Assembly: GCA_037917685.1 (NCBI GenBank)
Contig: JAVCBU010000017.1
Location: forward strand, 1 to 16,624
Source: Thermoproteota archaeon
GTDB lineage: Archaea > Korarchaeota > Korarchaeia > Korarchaeales > JAOZGB01
Reading direction: 5' to 3'
Length of the DNA stretch: 16,624 nucleotides
Position numbers and translations under genes: made by a program. The notes beneath the pieces are model-generated. The model was given only the letters and a program-made list of their open reading frames with translations. It was not told the DNA's origin and searched no databases. Shown in pieces: positions 16,265 to 16,624 of this stretch (position 1 is its first letter; the number at the start of each line of letters is the position of its first letter).

Positions 16265-16591
16265 ATAACATGTAACATGCAGGATAGCTGCAACCTTCAA
16301 ACCTTTAGCTAAAAGCTTGTTCACCTCTTCAACGGCCTTAGGGGCTACATCTACGAATAGTTTAATCCCCGCTTTACTTACCATTTTAAGAGCTTCCCCA
16401 GTAATGGGAAGGGCGCCGTACTGGCCTGTTCCCACAACAAGACCGTCTGGTTTTTCAGCTATCACAACTCTAACCTCTTCGGGACCCAGAACGGTGTGTC
16501 CCCTACTGTAAGGCTTTGAAATCTCTTTTCTTCTCCTCGTTACACTACCATCTATCATTATCCATCTAAACCCTGTTCCCTGAATAAGCAC
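16265..16591 (-). pseudogene. Mth938-like domain protein, probably degenerate (internal deletion and lost stop; the open frame continues to 15899)
   Basis: PDGLVVGTGQYGAL and AAILHVTC are Mth938/AAMDC signatures. HVTC is normally the C-terminus, but here it is followed by TAT (16267-16265). The N-terminal IMIDG-SVTRRRK lacks the usual intervening YxxDVVI strand. Confidence 0.7.
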
Positions 16592-16624
16592 GTTTATTCA
16601 ACGTGCCTGCTATGTTCTTAAATC

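Noticed and set aside
1193-16511. Remaining short ORFs in the track (for example 1193..1516, 3520..3810, 8955..9272, 10158..10631, 14171..14476, 15572..15817, 16317..16511)
   Set aside because: They overlap well-supported genes antisense or out of frame and carry no recognisable motifs.

Overview
Archaeal chromosomal DNA, probably from a thermophilic TACK/Thermoproteota-like organism (inferred from TATA-box promoters about 25 nt upstream of starts, a family-4 UDG and archaeal HEPN/MNT/PIN remnants). From left to right: (1) two divergent secreted surface proteins, an SdrD-B plus DUF11 adhesin running off the left edge (missing from the ORF track) and a DNRLRE plus 4x Ig-like plus CFI-box-CTERM protein, with a 99-aa unknown gene between them; (2) a translationally coupled operon of a SagB/ThcOx dehydrogenase, a creatininase-family amidohydrolase and a tandem GNAT; (3) housekeeping genes: NfeD-like, serS, a SERCA-type Ca2+ P-type ATPase, a GlcD-like FAD oxidoreductase and a PD-(D/E)XK nuclease; (4) an AT-rich island of about 2 kb holding frameshifted, fused remnants of VapC, HEPN and MNT toxin-antitoxin genes inside an imperfect inverted repeat, plus an intact orphan M.MthZI-like (CTAG, m4C) methyltransferase; this island contains no CTAG although CTAG is common in the rest of the window; (5) YbjQ, family-4 UDG and an apparently decaying Mth938-like gene whose lost stop reads antisense into udg. 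I found no rRNA, tRNA, CRISPR array or transposase. No new system is proven; the best candidates are the CTAG-free methylase/TA island and the SagB-creatininase-GNAT operon. All family calls are from motif recognition, not database searches.
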